Shown one piece after another: positions 11,236-20,945 of a stretch of 62,599 nt of DNA (the first letter of the stretch is position 1; each line of letters starts with the position of its first letter). The DNA lies in the IMG/VR virus record IMGVR_UViG_3300045988_162118, positions 1 to 62,599 of that record; one strand, given 5' to 3'. The notes beneath the pieces are model-generated. The model was given only the letters and a program-made list of their open reading frames with translations, did not search any database and was not told the DNA's origin. The DNA is from a virus (taxonomy: Duplodnaviria > Heunggongvirae > Uroviricota > Caudoviricetes). A program made the translations under genes and the position numbers.

Positions 11236-11399
11236 GTATTTTTAAGTCACGAATGCTATCTTTTCGCATCATATTGACCTTTTAATCGTTCAGGCTTATA
11301 GTTCCGCCGTCGTAGCAAATTCTGCGACCAGGTTTGACAGCCTGAATGATTGTGCGGACAACCGCAGATTTCCGATATTGCGGTATTTTTGTGTCCGTT

Positions 11400-11549
11400 A
11401 AACCGCGTTACGCCCAAATTATGGTGGGGCGTGATGGGGAGGCTTCGGCCTGCTGGTTTCACAATCGCCAGTCTGTCAACCCTGTCACGTCCTGCCACCT
11501 GTTTGACAGCGGGTAGCAGGTTGTTAAACCTGATTGTGAGGCCGTAACT
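11400..11549 (+). ncRNA. leader region expected to hold a c4-like antisense repressor RNA (not delimited)
   Basis: Position upstream of icd/ant as in P1 immI; repeated GTTTGACAG elements at 11326 and 11490; boundaries not determined. Confidence 0.25.
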
Positions 11550-11771
11550 ATGGTTAATGCCAATCCTTGCGCACGCCAAGAATTCATCTGGCGTTTCTAT
11601 TCCTGTAAAAAACACCACTATCACTTCGTTATCGCAGCAACAGAAGACGAAGCACGCTCTCAATTGCCTGACGGCCCCTGCATTTTTACTGCCCGTTTTT
11701 CAACTAACTCGCGCAATCCACTTAGTTACTGGAGCCTCCCCTTCTCTGCCGACGTTCAGGGGGGTTTATGA
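11550..11771 (+). CDS. icd: Icd-like cell division inhibitor
   Basis: 73-aa ORF directly upstream of and overlapping antirepressor start, as in P1 immI. Confidence 0.55.
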   Translation: MVNANPCARQEFIWRFYSCKKHHYHFVIAATEDEARSQLPDGPCIFTARFSTNSRNPLSYWSLPFSADVQGGL

Positions 11772-12811
11772 AAAAACCTCTCGTCACCCGTAATGACATA
11801 GCCGAAGCGATCGCCCTGCATACTGCCTGTATGCCGACACGGGAGATCCCCGGCGCAATTGCCAACTATTTCATGATAACCAGACGTTTTTATACCCGAA
11901 CAGATAAGGCTGTGATCAACAAGCTACTGATAGCCGAGATCAGGGATTATTTGATTGAACAAGGACGTCTACGTTACGCAACAGTGGCAGCAGAAATGAG
12001 AAAGGAGGCACATAGAATGACCGGTAATAATTTGAATGTTGAAAAAACAGCACCTGTTACGTCAGCTACGCCAGCACCAGCCGTGAATATCATCCCCAAC
12101 ACCGGAGACACAATCGACAGCCTGACACTGTTAAAGATGGTCAATGAAGCGCGTAAGTTATGTGGGGAACCAGAGGTTCGGAACAACAAATTCATCGAAA
12201 AAATACTCGACGAATTAGAAGGTGAGGACGGTTACACAAAAAGTGCAACCGTGCCGCCAGGTGGCGGTACGCCTATGGTTGTCATAACCATGACCTACAA
12301 ACAAGCCCTGCGAGTCGCCGCACGCGAATCAAAAGCCGTCCGCCGTTCGCTGATCGACAAACTGGAAGAATTGCAGCAGGCAAACTCCCCTACCCCATCG
12401 ATCCCCCAAACATTACCAGAAGCTCTACGCCTGGCTGCCGAGTTAGCAGAACAGAAAATGCAGCTGGAACAACAGCTGGTGGCCGCTGCCCCTAAAGTCG
12501 ATTTTGCCGACCGGGTATCAGTGGCTAATGGAATCCTGATCGGGAACTTTGCAAAGGTCGTTGGACTTAAGCAAAACGCCCTTTTCTCATGGTTGCGCCA
12601 GAATGGCATTCTCATGGCTTTTGGAGCGCGCAAAAACGTACCGCGCCAACAGTACATCAACGCCGGGTATTTCACGGTGAAAGAAGTGGTGCTGGATGAT
12701 GAAAATGGCTACCAGATACGGCTGACGCCCCAATTAACGGGTAAAGGCCAGCAGTGGTTAACTCGCAAGCTACTTGATGCTGGTTTGTTAAAACCAGTAG
12801 CAATAGGTTAA
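11768..12811 (+). CDS. ant: antirepressor (Ant) with KilA-C/ANT-type C-terminal domain
   Basis: 347 aa; C-terminal 130 aa closely paralogous to the C-terminus of the downstream KilA-like protein. Confidence 0.6.
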   Translation: MKKPLVTRNDIAEAIALHTACMPTREIPGAIANYFMITRRFYTRTDKAVINKLLIAEIRDYLIEQGRLRYATVAAEMRKEAHRMTGNNLNVEKTAPVTSATPAPAVNIIPNTGDTIDSLTLLKMVNEARKLCGEPEVRNNKFIEKILDELEGEDGYTKSATVPPGGGTPMVVITMTYKQALRVAARESKAVRRSLIDKLEELQQANSPTPSIPQTLPEALRLAAELAEQKMQLEQQLVAAAPKVDFADRVSVANGILIGNFAKVVGLKQNALFSWLRQNGILMAFGARKNVPRQQYINAGYFTVKEVVLDDENGYQIRLTPQLTGKGQQWLTRKLLDAGLLKPVAIG

Positions 12812-12822
12812 CAAAAGAAAAA

Positions 12823-12848
12823 AACCTGCCAGCAAACTGGCAGGTTTC
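12823..12848 (+). terminator. hairpin after ant
   Basis: AACCTGCCAG-CAAA-CTGGCAGGTT followed by TTCT; weak U tract. Confidence 0.4.
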
Positions 12849-12889
12849 TGAGCAGATCGTCCAACCCGATCTGGATCGAGTTAGAAAAA

Positions 12890-12906
12890 TTTGCTCTAAT
12901 AAATTT
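12890..12906 (+). promoter_or_regulatory. C1 operator-like box upstream of kilA-repL
   Basis: TTTGCTCTAATAAATTT. Confidence 0.5.
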
Positions 12907-12975
12907 CGTTTTCTAAGTGCAAAGAATCACCATTTCGAGCTGGTGATTGAAGGTTGATGCAAATTTGGAGAAAAA

Positions 12976-13776
12976 ATGCAACAAACATTCAATGCGGATA
13001 TGAATATATCAAACCTTCATCAAAATGTCGATCCTTCAACCACTCTGCCTGTTATTTGTGGTGTTGAAATTACGACCGACCGCGCTGGCCGTTACAACCT
13101 TAATGCTCTACACAGAGCGAGCGGACTCGGTGCCCATAAAGCGCCAGCTCAATGGCTAAGAACGCTGTCAGCCAAACAGCTCATCGAAGAGCTTGAAAAA
13201 GAAACTATGCAGAATTGCATAGTTTCGTTCGAAGGCCGTGGCGGCGGCACTTTTGCCCATGAATTGCTCGCAGTGGAGTACGCAGGCTGGATTTCTCCCG
13301 CGTTTCGGCTGAAGGTAAACCAGACATTTATCGACTATCGAGCCGGAAGATTACAACCTGCTATTCCGAAGAGCCTCCCAGAAGCTCTCCGTTTGGCTGC
13401 TGACCTGGCAGAGCAAAAGCAACGGCTGGAGCAAAAAATGCTGATGGATGCACCTAAAGTCGAATTCGCCGAACGCGTTGCTACCGCCAGCGGGGTTCTA
13501 ATCGGCAACTATGCCAAAGTGCTCGGCCTGGGCCAAAACTATCTCTTCACCTGGTTGCGTGATAACGGAATTCTGATCGCAACCGGTGAACGCAGGAACG
13601 TCCCCAAACAAGAATACATATCCCGTGGGTATTTCACCCTTAAAGAAACCGTGATCGATACAAGCAATGGAAGCAGGATTTCTTTCACGACTCGTATAAC
13701 CGGCAAAGGTCAGCAGTGGCTGATGAAGCGATTGCTTGATGCTGGTGTGCTGGTACCTGTCGCGGCAACGCGCTAA
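12976..13776 (+). CDS. kilA: KilA (KilA-N domain plus ANT-like C-terminal domain)
   Basis: 266 aa; KilA-N-like N-terminus (YNLNALHRASG...GGGTFAHELLAVEYAGWISP); size and position as P1 KilA. Confidence 0.6.
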   Translation: MQQTFNADMNISNLHQNVDPSTTLPVICGVEITTDRAGRYNLNALHRASGLGAHKAPAQWLRTLSAKQLIEELEKETMQNCIVSFEGRGGGTFAHELLAVEYAGWISPAFRLKVNQTFIDYRAGRLQPAIPKSLPEALRLAADLAEQKQRLEQKMLMDAPKVEFAERVATASGVLIGNYAKVLGLGQNYLFTWLRDNGILIATGERRNVPKQEYISRGYFTLKETVIDTSNGSRISFTTRITGKGQQWLMKRLLDAGVLVPVAATR

Positions 13777-13805
13777 CAGACGTAGTAAGAACCACCAGCA
13801 TTGTA

Positions 13806-14651
13806 ATGCTGGCTAAAGTCACTTTCCTGAGCTGTATAACGATGAGCGATTTTACTTTTTCTGGCTATGAATTGGCCTGCTTTGTAACACACTCCGGTCT
13901 ATCCCGTAGCGCCGGGCATATCCTGTCGCAATGTGCAAATCTCGCGGCAACAACCAGTGAATACTTCATTCACAAGCCTCACCGCCTGATCGCGGCAGAA
14001 ACTGGTTATAGCCAATCAACCGTCGTTCGTGCATTCCGTGAAGCTGTAAACAAAGGAATTCTGTCTGTAGAGATTGTTATCGGCGATCACCGTGAACGTC
14101 GCGCTAACCTGTACCGGTTTACACCATCCTTTTTGGCCTTCGCACAACAAGCCAAAAATGCGCTGATTGAAAGCAAATTAAAGATCTCTTCAGCGGCAAC
14201 CAAGGTTAAAGCTGTTCTCGCTAAGACATTGGCTTTATTTAATTTTTTATCCACACCCCCATGTCAAAATGATACCCCCTCCCCCTGTCAGGATGACGTG
14301 GCAATAAAGAATAAGAAGTCACAAGTTAAAAAAACAAAAAGATCAGTTTCCGGCGGTGCCGGAACGACCAGACTCAAAAAATTGACTTCATGGATCGCTG
14401 AGGCAAAAGCAAAGGCTGACAATCTGCGGTTATCCAAAAAACGCGCTCAAAAACATGAGTTCAAGCAGAAGGTAGAGGCGGCAGCGCGGAAATATGCTTA
14501 CCTGAAGAACAAGCGTTCTCCTGATATTGGCGGGGTATCAAACTTCGATAATCTGCCGCATTGCATGACGGTAAACGAAGCTCTTAATGCGGTTTTAGCC
14601 AAAAATAAAGATAACGAACAATGGGGTATACCGGCAGGATTCAGAGGGTGA
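13806..14651 (+). CDS. repL: RepL-like lytic replication protein
   Basis: 281 aa directly downstream of kilA; synteny and size. Confidence 0.5.
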   Translation: MLAKVTFLSCITMSDFTFSGYELACFVTHSGLSRSAGHILSQCANLAATTSEYFIHKPHRLIAAETGYSQSTVVRAFREAVNKGILSVEIVIGDHRERRANLYRFTPSFLAFAQQAKNALIESKLKISSAATKVKAVLAKTLALFNFLSTPPCQNDTPSPCQDDVAIKNKKSQVKKTKRSVSGGAGTTRLKKLTSWIAEAKAKADNLRLSKKRAQKHEFKQKVEAAARKYAYLKNKRSPDIGGVSNFDNLPHCMTVNEALNAVLAKNKDNEQWGIPAGFRG

Positions 14652-14700
14652 TAGATTGCTCTAATCTGGAGTCACCTGGCGTTTTCAGTTTGAGGTCGGA

Positions 14701-14947
14701 GATGCAATCTGATTTTTTACAGTTAGCGATCGCTTTTGCAGGATATGTTTGTATTGGCTTCTGTGTATACATGATCAGCCGAAAAATGCTTGTCGATATC
14801 GACCGCAAAGAACAAGCAGAGAAGATCTTAGTATGGATTTTCTTTGGCGCGGTCTGGCCATTAGGGATCATGTTTGCTGCAACATTTCTTCTGATGTGGA
14901 TATTCACCCTTCCAGGTGATTTCTATAGAAAAAAAGCCAGACATTGA
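14701..14947 (+). CDS. small membrane protein
   Basis: Internal Met start of track ORF 14621..14947; two hydrophobic segments. Confidence 0.3.
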
Positions 14948-15070
14948 TACAATCGTTGCGGGTGCTTGAGGCTATCTGCTTCAGGCATTACCCGAAAAGC
15001 AGATAGAAGAAAGCCCCAGATAACATTACGCGTCCTGCAAGACGCTTAACATTAATCTGAGGCCATATCT

Positions 15071-15277
15071 ATGCTTAGCATACGTAGATTAGCCTCTTAC
15101 CGACCAAAAGGTCAAGGAGAAGCAGGCTATGAAGCAGCAAAAAGCGATGTTAATCGCTCTGATCGTCATCTGTTTAACCGTCATTGTGACGGCACTGGTA
15201 ACGAGGAAAGACCTCTGCGAGGTACGAATCCGAACCAGCCAGACGGAGGTCACTGTCTTCACAGCCTACGAATCTGA
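15071..15277 (+). CDS. mok-like overlapping reading frame
   Basis: 68-codon ORF in a different frame covering the start of the hok-like gene. Confidence 0.3.
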   Translation: MLSIRRLASYRPKGQGEAGYEAAKSDVNRSDRHLFNRHCDGTGNEERPLRGTNPNQPDGGHCLHSLRI

Positions 15278-15284
15278 AAGGTAA
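15129..15284 (+). CDS. hok: Hok/Gef-family type I toxin
   Basis: Not in ORF track (51 aa). AAGGAG RBS; MKQQKAMLIALIVICLTVIVTALVTRKDLCEVRIRTSQTEVTVFTAYESER, close to the Hok pattern LTRKSLCEIR...EVAAFMAYES. Confidence 0.7.
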   Translation: MKQQKAMLIALIVICLTVIVTALVTRKDLCEVRIRTSQTEVTVFTAYESER

Positions 15285-15360
15285 GAGACCTGGCGGGGAG
15301 AGATCTCCGCCACTCTTCGTGTGTCAGGTATCCTCAATGCACCCTTTCCTCTCCAAATAA

Positions 15361-15383
15361 AAAAGCTCCCGAAGGAGCTTTAA
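15361..15383 (+). terminator. hairpin at 3' end of hok locus
   Basis: AAGCTCC-CGAA-GGAGCTT then T/A-rich run. Confidence 0.35.
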
Positions 15384-15400
15384 AATACAAGGGATGACTC

Positions 15401-15910
15401 TTAATCCCACTCAATCCAGTTGTAGACGATACGAAGTGACGGGCGCACAGCGGCAGTCACATCTTCGGTACTAAAGTCGATTGCATCACTGTAGATTTTG
15501 CAGTCCAACATTTCAATTGTTGTAGCAGCTTTTGTCACAGCGTTAACCCCGGAAGATTTGGATTCAGGGGTCGCAGCCATCGTGATATCAACATAGTCCT
15601 TCGCCGCAATGCGATCTTTAATGAACTGAAGAATATCGCCTTCGATAGTCTCCACGCACTGGACCTGGATTTCCCCAGAGTTTCGAATTGGACCGTGCTG
15701 GTTGAACTTCACACCATTCGGACCATAGTCCTCCACATCCTCGCGGGTCATTTCAGGAATTTGCGACGTGCGAACCAGTACGCTGATATCTTCATGGCCT
15801 GCAAAAGTGAGCTGGAATTCAGAAGATACCAGTCGTTCGCCTTTGGCCGCGTTGGCAGTATAGCGGCCCTTAATAAATTTACGGTTTCCCTTAGTGTTAT
15901 TGTGCCCCAT
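15401..15910 (-). CDS. tail tube-like structural protein
   Basis: 169 aa, first gene of a minus-strand structural block; size typical of myovirus tube proteins. Confidence 0.35.
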   Translation of the reverse strand: MGHNNTKGNRKFIKGRYTANAAKGERLVSSEFQLTFAGHEDISVLVRTSQIPEMTREDVEDYGPNGVKFNQHGPIRNSGEIQVQCVETIEGDILQFIKDRIAAKDYVDITMAATPESKSSGVNAVTKAATTIEMLDCKIYSDAIDFSTEDVTAAVRPSLRIVYNWIEWD

Positions 15911-15921
15911 ATAAAATCCTT

Positions 15922-16503
15922 TTACTGGAACGCCCGAACAATATCGGAGCTGTTATATATCGAAGAACCGGTCAACTGGAGGTTGACGGTGTTTTTCAGG
16001 AAATGCCCATTGCTGTCCCTGGGCGCATCGAGATCGAAACTTATGTCCTGGATAGCGACATCAATGATGTTGATCCGGCGACCAATGTTTAGCGTCACAC
16101 GCTCCGGGATTCGACCACCAATACTGGCATCTTTAAGTTCCGGGCTAATCATCGCTGACAATGCGGCGATAGCTCCTGAAACCTCCGTGAATGGGTCAAA
16201 CAAAGCGATGAAAGTTACTGGCAGCGTGAAAGTCGGCGGTGTTCCCCCTTCCCAAACCATTAAGCTGTTCCAACGGGCAACCGACGTTGTTTCAGTACCA
16301 ACCTGCGCAAAACCACTGAAGGCACCAGCAACAGATCCCATGGACATACCGGTAAACGGCGCTTCCCAATTCTGGGCCATGTTCATTGCCGCTCCCTGGC
16401 TGATATATCCGGTAACCTGGTACTGAGAGTTCGTTAAAGTAACTTTCAGATATGGCGATACACCGTCAGCCTGGCTGTAAACCCCATAAGGAATAGGTGC
16501 CAT
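15922..16503 (-). CDS. structural protein (tail tube or assembly)
   Basis: 193 aa, adjacent to sheath-like gene. Confidence 0.35.
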   Translation of the reverse strand: MAPIPYGVYSQADGVSPYLKVTLTNSQYQVTGYISQGAAMNMAQNWEAPFTGMSMGSVAGAFSGFAQVGTETTSVARWNSLMVWEGGTPPTFTLPVTFIALFDPFTEVSGAIAALSAMISPELKDASIGGRIPERVTLNIGRRINIIDVAIQDISFDLDAPRDSNGHFLKNTVNLQLTGSSIYNSSDIVRAFQ

Positions 16504-16538
16504 TCAAGTTAAAGGCCGGAGTTCTCCGGCCTCCTCCT

Positions 16539-17354
16539 TTAGCCAAGGCGCTTACGGCGCAGTTTCATTGACTTTTTGCGGGCAAGTTTTGCCGCGCCGG
16601 TCTGGGCTTTTCGACGCGCTTTTTTCAGCGCCGATTTTTGAGCCGCAGTCAGACGTTTTTTACGCAGGCGTTTACGGATGAGTTTGATCTCACCGTTACG
16701 AACAACCTTCTTAAATGCTTCAGTCAGCATTTCATCAGAAGTGCCAGCAACAACAAACGCCGCTTCCAGTTCGTCGCGGTCGTCGCTATCTAAACCAGCG
16801 ATAGAGGCACCAACATCAGCAGCTGCGTCGTCGTCTTCATCGTCAGCCAGTGCTTCGATCAGGTCATCATCTACACCGCATGCTGCGAGGAAGTCAGCAA
16901 CATTTGCCCATGCTTCGTTATAGGCATCGTCCTGTTCTTCTGTAACTTCGGAGTCGTCGTCATCAGAGATACCAGCGATAGCCTGAACGAAACCATCAAG
17001 GGAGTCGAAAGTCAGATCACCGCTATCAGCCCAGGCGAAAACGGCGTCGGCCGCATCACTCAACGCATTTTGCATAGCACTTCGATTTGCAGCTTCCAGA
17101 ATCATCTGGTGCGCCTGTTCGACGGTCCATTCTTTACCGTCTTTCCCTTCCAGGATTTGCTCAGGAGCCTGGGCAGATGGAACGTTATCGTTAGTCTGTG
17201 CCGCCGGTTCCGGATTATTATTAATAACCGGATCTGTTGGCGGTTCAGCGCTTGCTCGGGCAGACTCCATCAGCTGCACAGGATCAGAGTTCAAAGCGAA
17301 ACGAGACAGTCCATTCCCCAAAAATGCCCCGGATTGAAAAAAGTTTTTGCTCAT
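16539..17354 (-). CDS. highly acidic protein with basic C-terminal tail
   Basis: 271 aa; long Asp/Glu-rich stretch (DDDDSEVTEEQDD...DDEDDDAAAD) and a Lys/Arg-rich last 45 aa. Confidence 0.4.
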   Translation of the reverse strand: MSKNFFQSGAFLGNGLSRFALNSDPVQLMESARASAEPPTDPVINNNPEPAAQTNDNVPSAQAPEQILEGKDGKEWTVEQAHQMILEAANRSAMQNALSDAADAVFAWADSGDLTFDSLDGFVQAIAGISDDDDSEVTEEQDDAYNEAWANVADFLAACGVDDDLIEALADDEDDDAAADVGASIAGLDSDDRDELEAAFVVAGTSDEMLTEAFKKVVRNGEIKLIRKRLRKKRLTAAQKSALKKARRKAQTGAAKLARKKSMKLRRKRLG

Positions 17355-17363
17355 TGTATTCCC

Positions 17364-18953
17364 TTACTTAATAAGCAGCGGTACGCCCTGGATACGACGG
17401 GCTACGCCAGTCGGGCAGCAGGCCCAGACTACTTCCCATTTATCGAATTCCGCCTGCGTAACTTTCAGCACATACGGTTCTGTACCGTCAGCATCAGGAT
17501 CACGAGGAGCCACCAGAGCGCCGGAGGCGACAAAGCGATCTAAAAGTTTGGTCATCCCTTTAGTCAGGCCAGCCGCAGTAATACCGTCCGGGCTATGCTT
17601 CATCTGTCGGGCTAACTGGACAAAGAAACGGCTGATTGCATTCATCAGGGATGGGACGTGCTGGAAGTGCAGATAGTTATCCTGCGTGCAGCAAGTTAAA
17701 GCATCGTCGATGATCATCTGGCCAGAGGTGCCAACAGATACTTTATTGAGACGGCCCTTGACCATTGCTTCTTCGTCCGGGGTATCTTCCGGATACAGCG
17801 GTTGAATTGACGCACGAGCAATGACGGCACGTTCTTCACCAGCCGGTGAGTAATGCCAACCGCCGACATCAGAGTTTTTCTTGACGCCACGAGCTTTCGC
17901 CGCATACGCCACGCCAGACAGACCAAAGACCACACGGGATTGGGTCCATTTGTCTTTGCAGGAGAACGGGTAGTGATAGACAGCACAGCTTACATAATCG
18001 GTACCAAGTAAACCGGTATCTTCAACAGCAGAGATCGCTTCCGTGTACGTCAATGTCGGTTTGACATCAAAGAAGCCATCAATCAGGCGATCTGCACAGA
18101 TTTTACCTAATGCGGTGATAGCCGCATTGTCATAGCAGCCCAGGCCAAGAACAGCGGTGTACATGTACGGCGCATTATTCAGCACTTTAACCGCACGCAG
18201 GTACGCAGCGGTTGAGATTTTCGACTGATCGCCGTTGGTACCGCCAGTGAACGCCAACGATTTTTTGTTTGTTACTTTCGCTGTCGAAATCAGCTCTTCA
18301 TTAACAACCGCGCGCAGATATTTAGAACGGGCTTCCAGAGCCGTAGGCAGATAACACAAGCGGCCCATGTCATCTTTCGCTTCTTCCGCCAAAGACACAG
18401 TGTGTGTCTCCAGGGTCGTTACCACGCCGAGCGAAGTCGTCTGGGTCAGTTTTAAGAGGAAGCGTTCATTACCCGCGCTGTCCGCTGTTGCCGTTTCGAT
18501 GGTTAACTCACGGGTAGGTGAAATACACGGATCACCATCATCAACGTAGATAGCAAAGGCTTCGCCACTATCAAGTTCAATTTCAGAACCGTATGGCAAC
18601 GCACTGTAAGCCGGTTCGCCTGATTCATCGAACATAATAATCGGGAACTTCGCATCATCCGGAACAGCGCGAACAACATAACCAGACGTTTGCTGAATAG
18701 CTTCGTATACATGGCGAATTGGTTCGAACTGTGAGCCGGAAGACGGCTTCAGCGGTTCGCCGAGAACATCTTCGTAATTGGACTCAGTAACCGCAAGAAC
18801 AGTAAACGGCTTGCCACGCGCAAATACGCCAATACCAGCCCATAAGCTGCTATTTAATGCAACACCGGTAGATAACGTCGCATCGGCATTGATCGGGCTA
18901 ACCGCGACGCCGGATGCATTACCTAATGACTGTTGAATTGAATATTGAGACAT
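17364..18953 (-). CDS. tail sheath protein candidate (P1 gp22 position)
   Basis: 529 aa; size and position between tube-like genes and the large head-like gene. Confidence 0.45.
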   Translation of the reverse strand: MSQYSIQQSLGNASGVAVSPINADATLSTGVALNSSLWAGIGVFARGKPFTVLAVTESNYEDVLGEPLKPSSGSQFEPIRHVYEAIQQTSGYVVRAVPDDAKFPIIMFDESGEPAYSALPYGSEIELDSGEAFAIYVDDGDPCISPTRELTIETATADSAGNERFLLKLTQTTSLGVVTTLETHTVSLAEEAKDDMGRLCYLPTALEARSKYLRAVVNEELISTAKVTNKKSLAFTGGTNGDQSKISTAAYLRAVKVLNNAPYMYTAVLGLGCYDNAAITALGKICADRLIDGFFDVKPTLTYTEAISAVEDTGLLGTDYVSCAVYHYPFSCKDKWTQSRVVFGLSGVAYAAKARGVKKNSDVGGWHYSPAGEERAVIARASIQPLYPEDTPDEEAMVKGRLNKVSVGTSGQMIIDDALTCCTQDNYLHFQHVPSLMNAISRFFVQLARQMKHSPDGITAAGLTKGMTKLLDRFVASGALVAPRDPDADGTEPYVLKVTQAEFDKWEVVWACCPTGVARRIQGVPLLIK

Positions 18954-19013
18954 AACTTTCCCTGTTATGCGCCCCGCACGGGGGCGCTATGTTAAACGGA
19001 GAACTTCCCCTGA

Positions 19014-20720
19014 TTACTCAGAGTCACCGGCATCAATCGTGTCGCCGCTAATGAAGTTAAGCCCGCCTTTTTTGGCCATTGTCAGCGTTACACGAGTGAA
19101 GTAATCAGCGCCGTTGCGTGGGTGCATATCGTTGATAGCCGAACCCCACAGCGTGGTACGGTTGACCAGCGCCGGAGTGGTCGGATGCTGGAACGGGATG
19201 GCCGGGACAGCATCACCAGTCACGAAGCCTGCTTTACCCGGATTTTCATCACGGACGTAGCACAGCACATCCATCGAGCTGAACTGAATGTTCTCTGTCG
19301 TTAAGTTCTTACAAATACCAGCAGGTACTTCGTACACTTTCACGTTACCGAACAGGGTACCGATGTAGTGAACATACGGAGTCTGGATATAGTCTTCGGC
19401 TGGCTGGAAGAAATCCTTCGGCAACTGTTTGAAGAAAGATGCTGCATCAGCACCAGCAAACATCCCCATCGCACCAGAAGATTTAACGCGCTCAATAATG
19501 TCGCGATATACAGTCTGGAATTTGCCACGAATGATGGTTGCCCATACATCAAAGGACTGGTTAACCGGCAGAGCGATGTCAAAGGTGTCGGTCGCAAGAG
19601 TACGCCAGATCATGATGCGAAGACGCAGCATATCCTGTTCATGAGACAGGTATTCCTTCAGGGTGCGGAACTGTAGGGAACCCAGGTCCAGACCAAATTC
19701 ACGCTGTGCTTCATACGCCGCCTGTACCGTGTGCTCAGCCGCGATAACGAACTGGCTTGGGAACAGGGTGTATTTCTTCATTTCGTGGTTGATCAGCGGG
19801 ATCAGCTCAGGAGCGGCTTCAATATTGATTTCCGTCTCAATTGCGATCTCAGTGCCTTTATCCGGCGCTTTGGAGAACGACAGGGCAATCTGACCAATGT
19901 TGTAGTTCAGAGAGCAGGTAACAGTGATTTGCTCACCAGCAGCATTAGTAAACGAGTGAAGTAGGCTGCCGGAACCGTTATCAACAACAGACTTAATACG
20001 GTTAACGTAGATGTTAGTGCGACCTTTTCGGATTGGTACATTCTGGCCTTCGAAGTCTTCCATCTTGAAGGTTGCGGTTTTGCTGGTGCCATCGGAGCTT
20101 GCCACCAGCACATAGCGGCGACGTAACTGGCTGTACACACCGACGGATTGCATGTCCAGAACATCACCAGCAGCATAAGAACCAAAAGAGGAACCTGCCA
20201 CGTTAAAGACTTCATAGATGTCGGACTGGTCACGCGTAACCGGAATGAAGGTACACGCATCAGCGGTAGCTGCCCCCAACTGAACAGGCAGGATCATCGC
20301 GAGGAATAAAGGCAGACGCATAACACCGTCAGAAACGCTCATCATCTCTGCTGCGACGGATTCCAGCATCGCTTTATTAGTGGCATCCATGCTATTGCGG
20401 GTGGACTCAATCAGGCAGTTTTCCAGCGTCTGGTGGCAGGAGGCCAGAATTTCCGGACGCGGCATAGATTTATGTGCTGCGGCGTAGTCAGCCAGTGCAC
20501 TTGCCCACGCTGTAGCGATTTGAGCGGTGGCATTATCAGAGATACCCGCAAAAACCGGGTCTTTACGTGCAGCTTCAAGGATAGATGCGGCACGCGCGGC
20601 ATCATCTTTAATGAATTGGTTATCAGTACCGAACTGCGCAGTGCTTGCCCAGCCAAGCACAGCTTTAGAGCGTTTTGCGATATCTGCAATACGATTCTGG
20701 TATTCGCGTAAGTTACTCAA
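19014..20720 (-). CDS. major head protein candidate (P1 gp23 position)
   Basis: TTG start at 20718-20720 placed 6 nt after AGGAAG RBS (track uses upstream TTG at 20741); about 568 aa; adjacent to parS. Confidence 0.45.
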   Translation of the reverse strand: MSNLREYQNRIADIAKRSKAVLGWASTAQFGTDNQFIKDDAARAASILEAARKDPVFAGISDNATAQIATAWASALADYAAAHKSMPRPEILASCHQTLENCLIESTRNSMDATNKAMLESVAAEMMSVSDGVMRLPLFLAMILPVQLGAATADACTFIPVTRDQSDIYEVFNVAGSSFGSYAAGDVLDMQSVGVYSQLRRRYVLVASSDGTSKTATFKMEDFEGQNVPIRKGRTNIYVNRIKSVVDNGSGSLLHSFTNAAGEQITVTCSLNYNIGQIALSFSKAPDKGTEIAIETEINIEAAPELIPLINHEMKKYTLFPSQFVIAAEHTVQAAYEAQREFGLDLGSLQFRTLKEYLSHEQDMLRLRIMIWRTLATDTFDIALPVNQSFDVWATIIRGKFQTVYRDIIERVKSSGAMGMFAGADAASFFKQLPKDFFQPAEDYIQTPYVHYIGTLFGNVKVYEVPAGICKNLTTENIQFSSMDVLCYVRDENPGKAGFVTGDAVPAIPFQHPTTPALVNRTTLWGSAINDMHPRNGADYFTRVTLTMAKKGGLNFISGDTIDAGDSE

Positions 20721-20857
20721 TTTACTCTTCCTTAAACACAAGGCACTTGTGTGAATCCCTTTTCGGAAGAGATTTTATTGAAAGTCACTTGTTGACTTTC
20801 TCGTGACAAGCAATTTTTTTATTTTTTTCGGGAGTAGGGGAGGAAGGTAAAATCCAA

Positions 20858-20943
20858 GGTGAAATCGTGGCGATTTCACCTTGAAATTTTAGAGAGATTT
20901 ACTTTAAAAACAGTAGGTTAATAGTGAAATTTGAATGGCGAAA
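20858..20943. other. parS: parS partition site
   Basis: GTGAAATCGTGGCGATTTCAC palindrome (heptamer ATTTCAC, hexamer TCGCCA), AT-rich IHF-like spacer, second GTGAAAT...TGGCGA; just downstream of parB. Confidence 0.7.
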
Positions 20944-20945
20944 GT

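Noticed and set aside
11256-11663. 135-aa minus-strand ORF across the icd/ant leader
   Set aside because: Antisense to the immunity-I leader and icd, no RBS, Cys-rich low-complexity translation; likely spurious.
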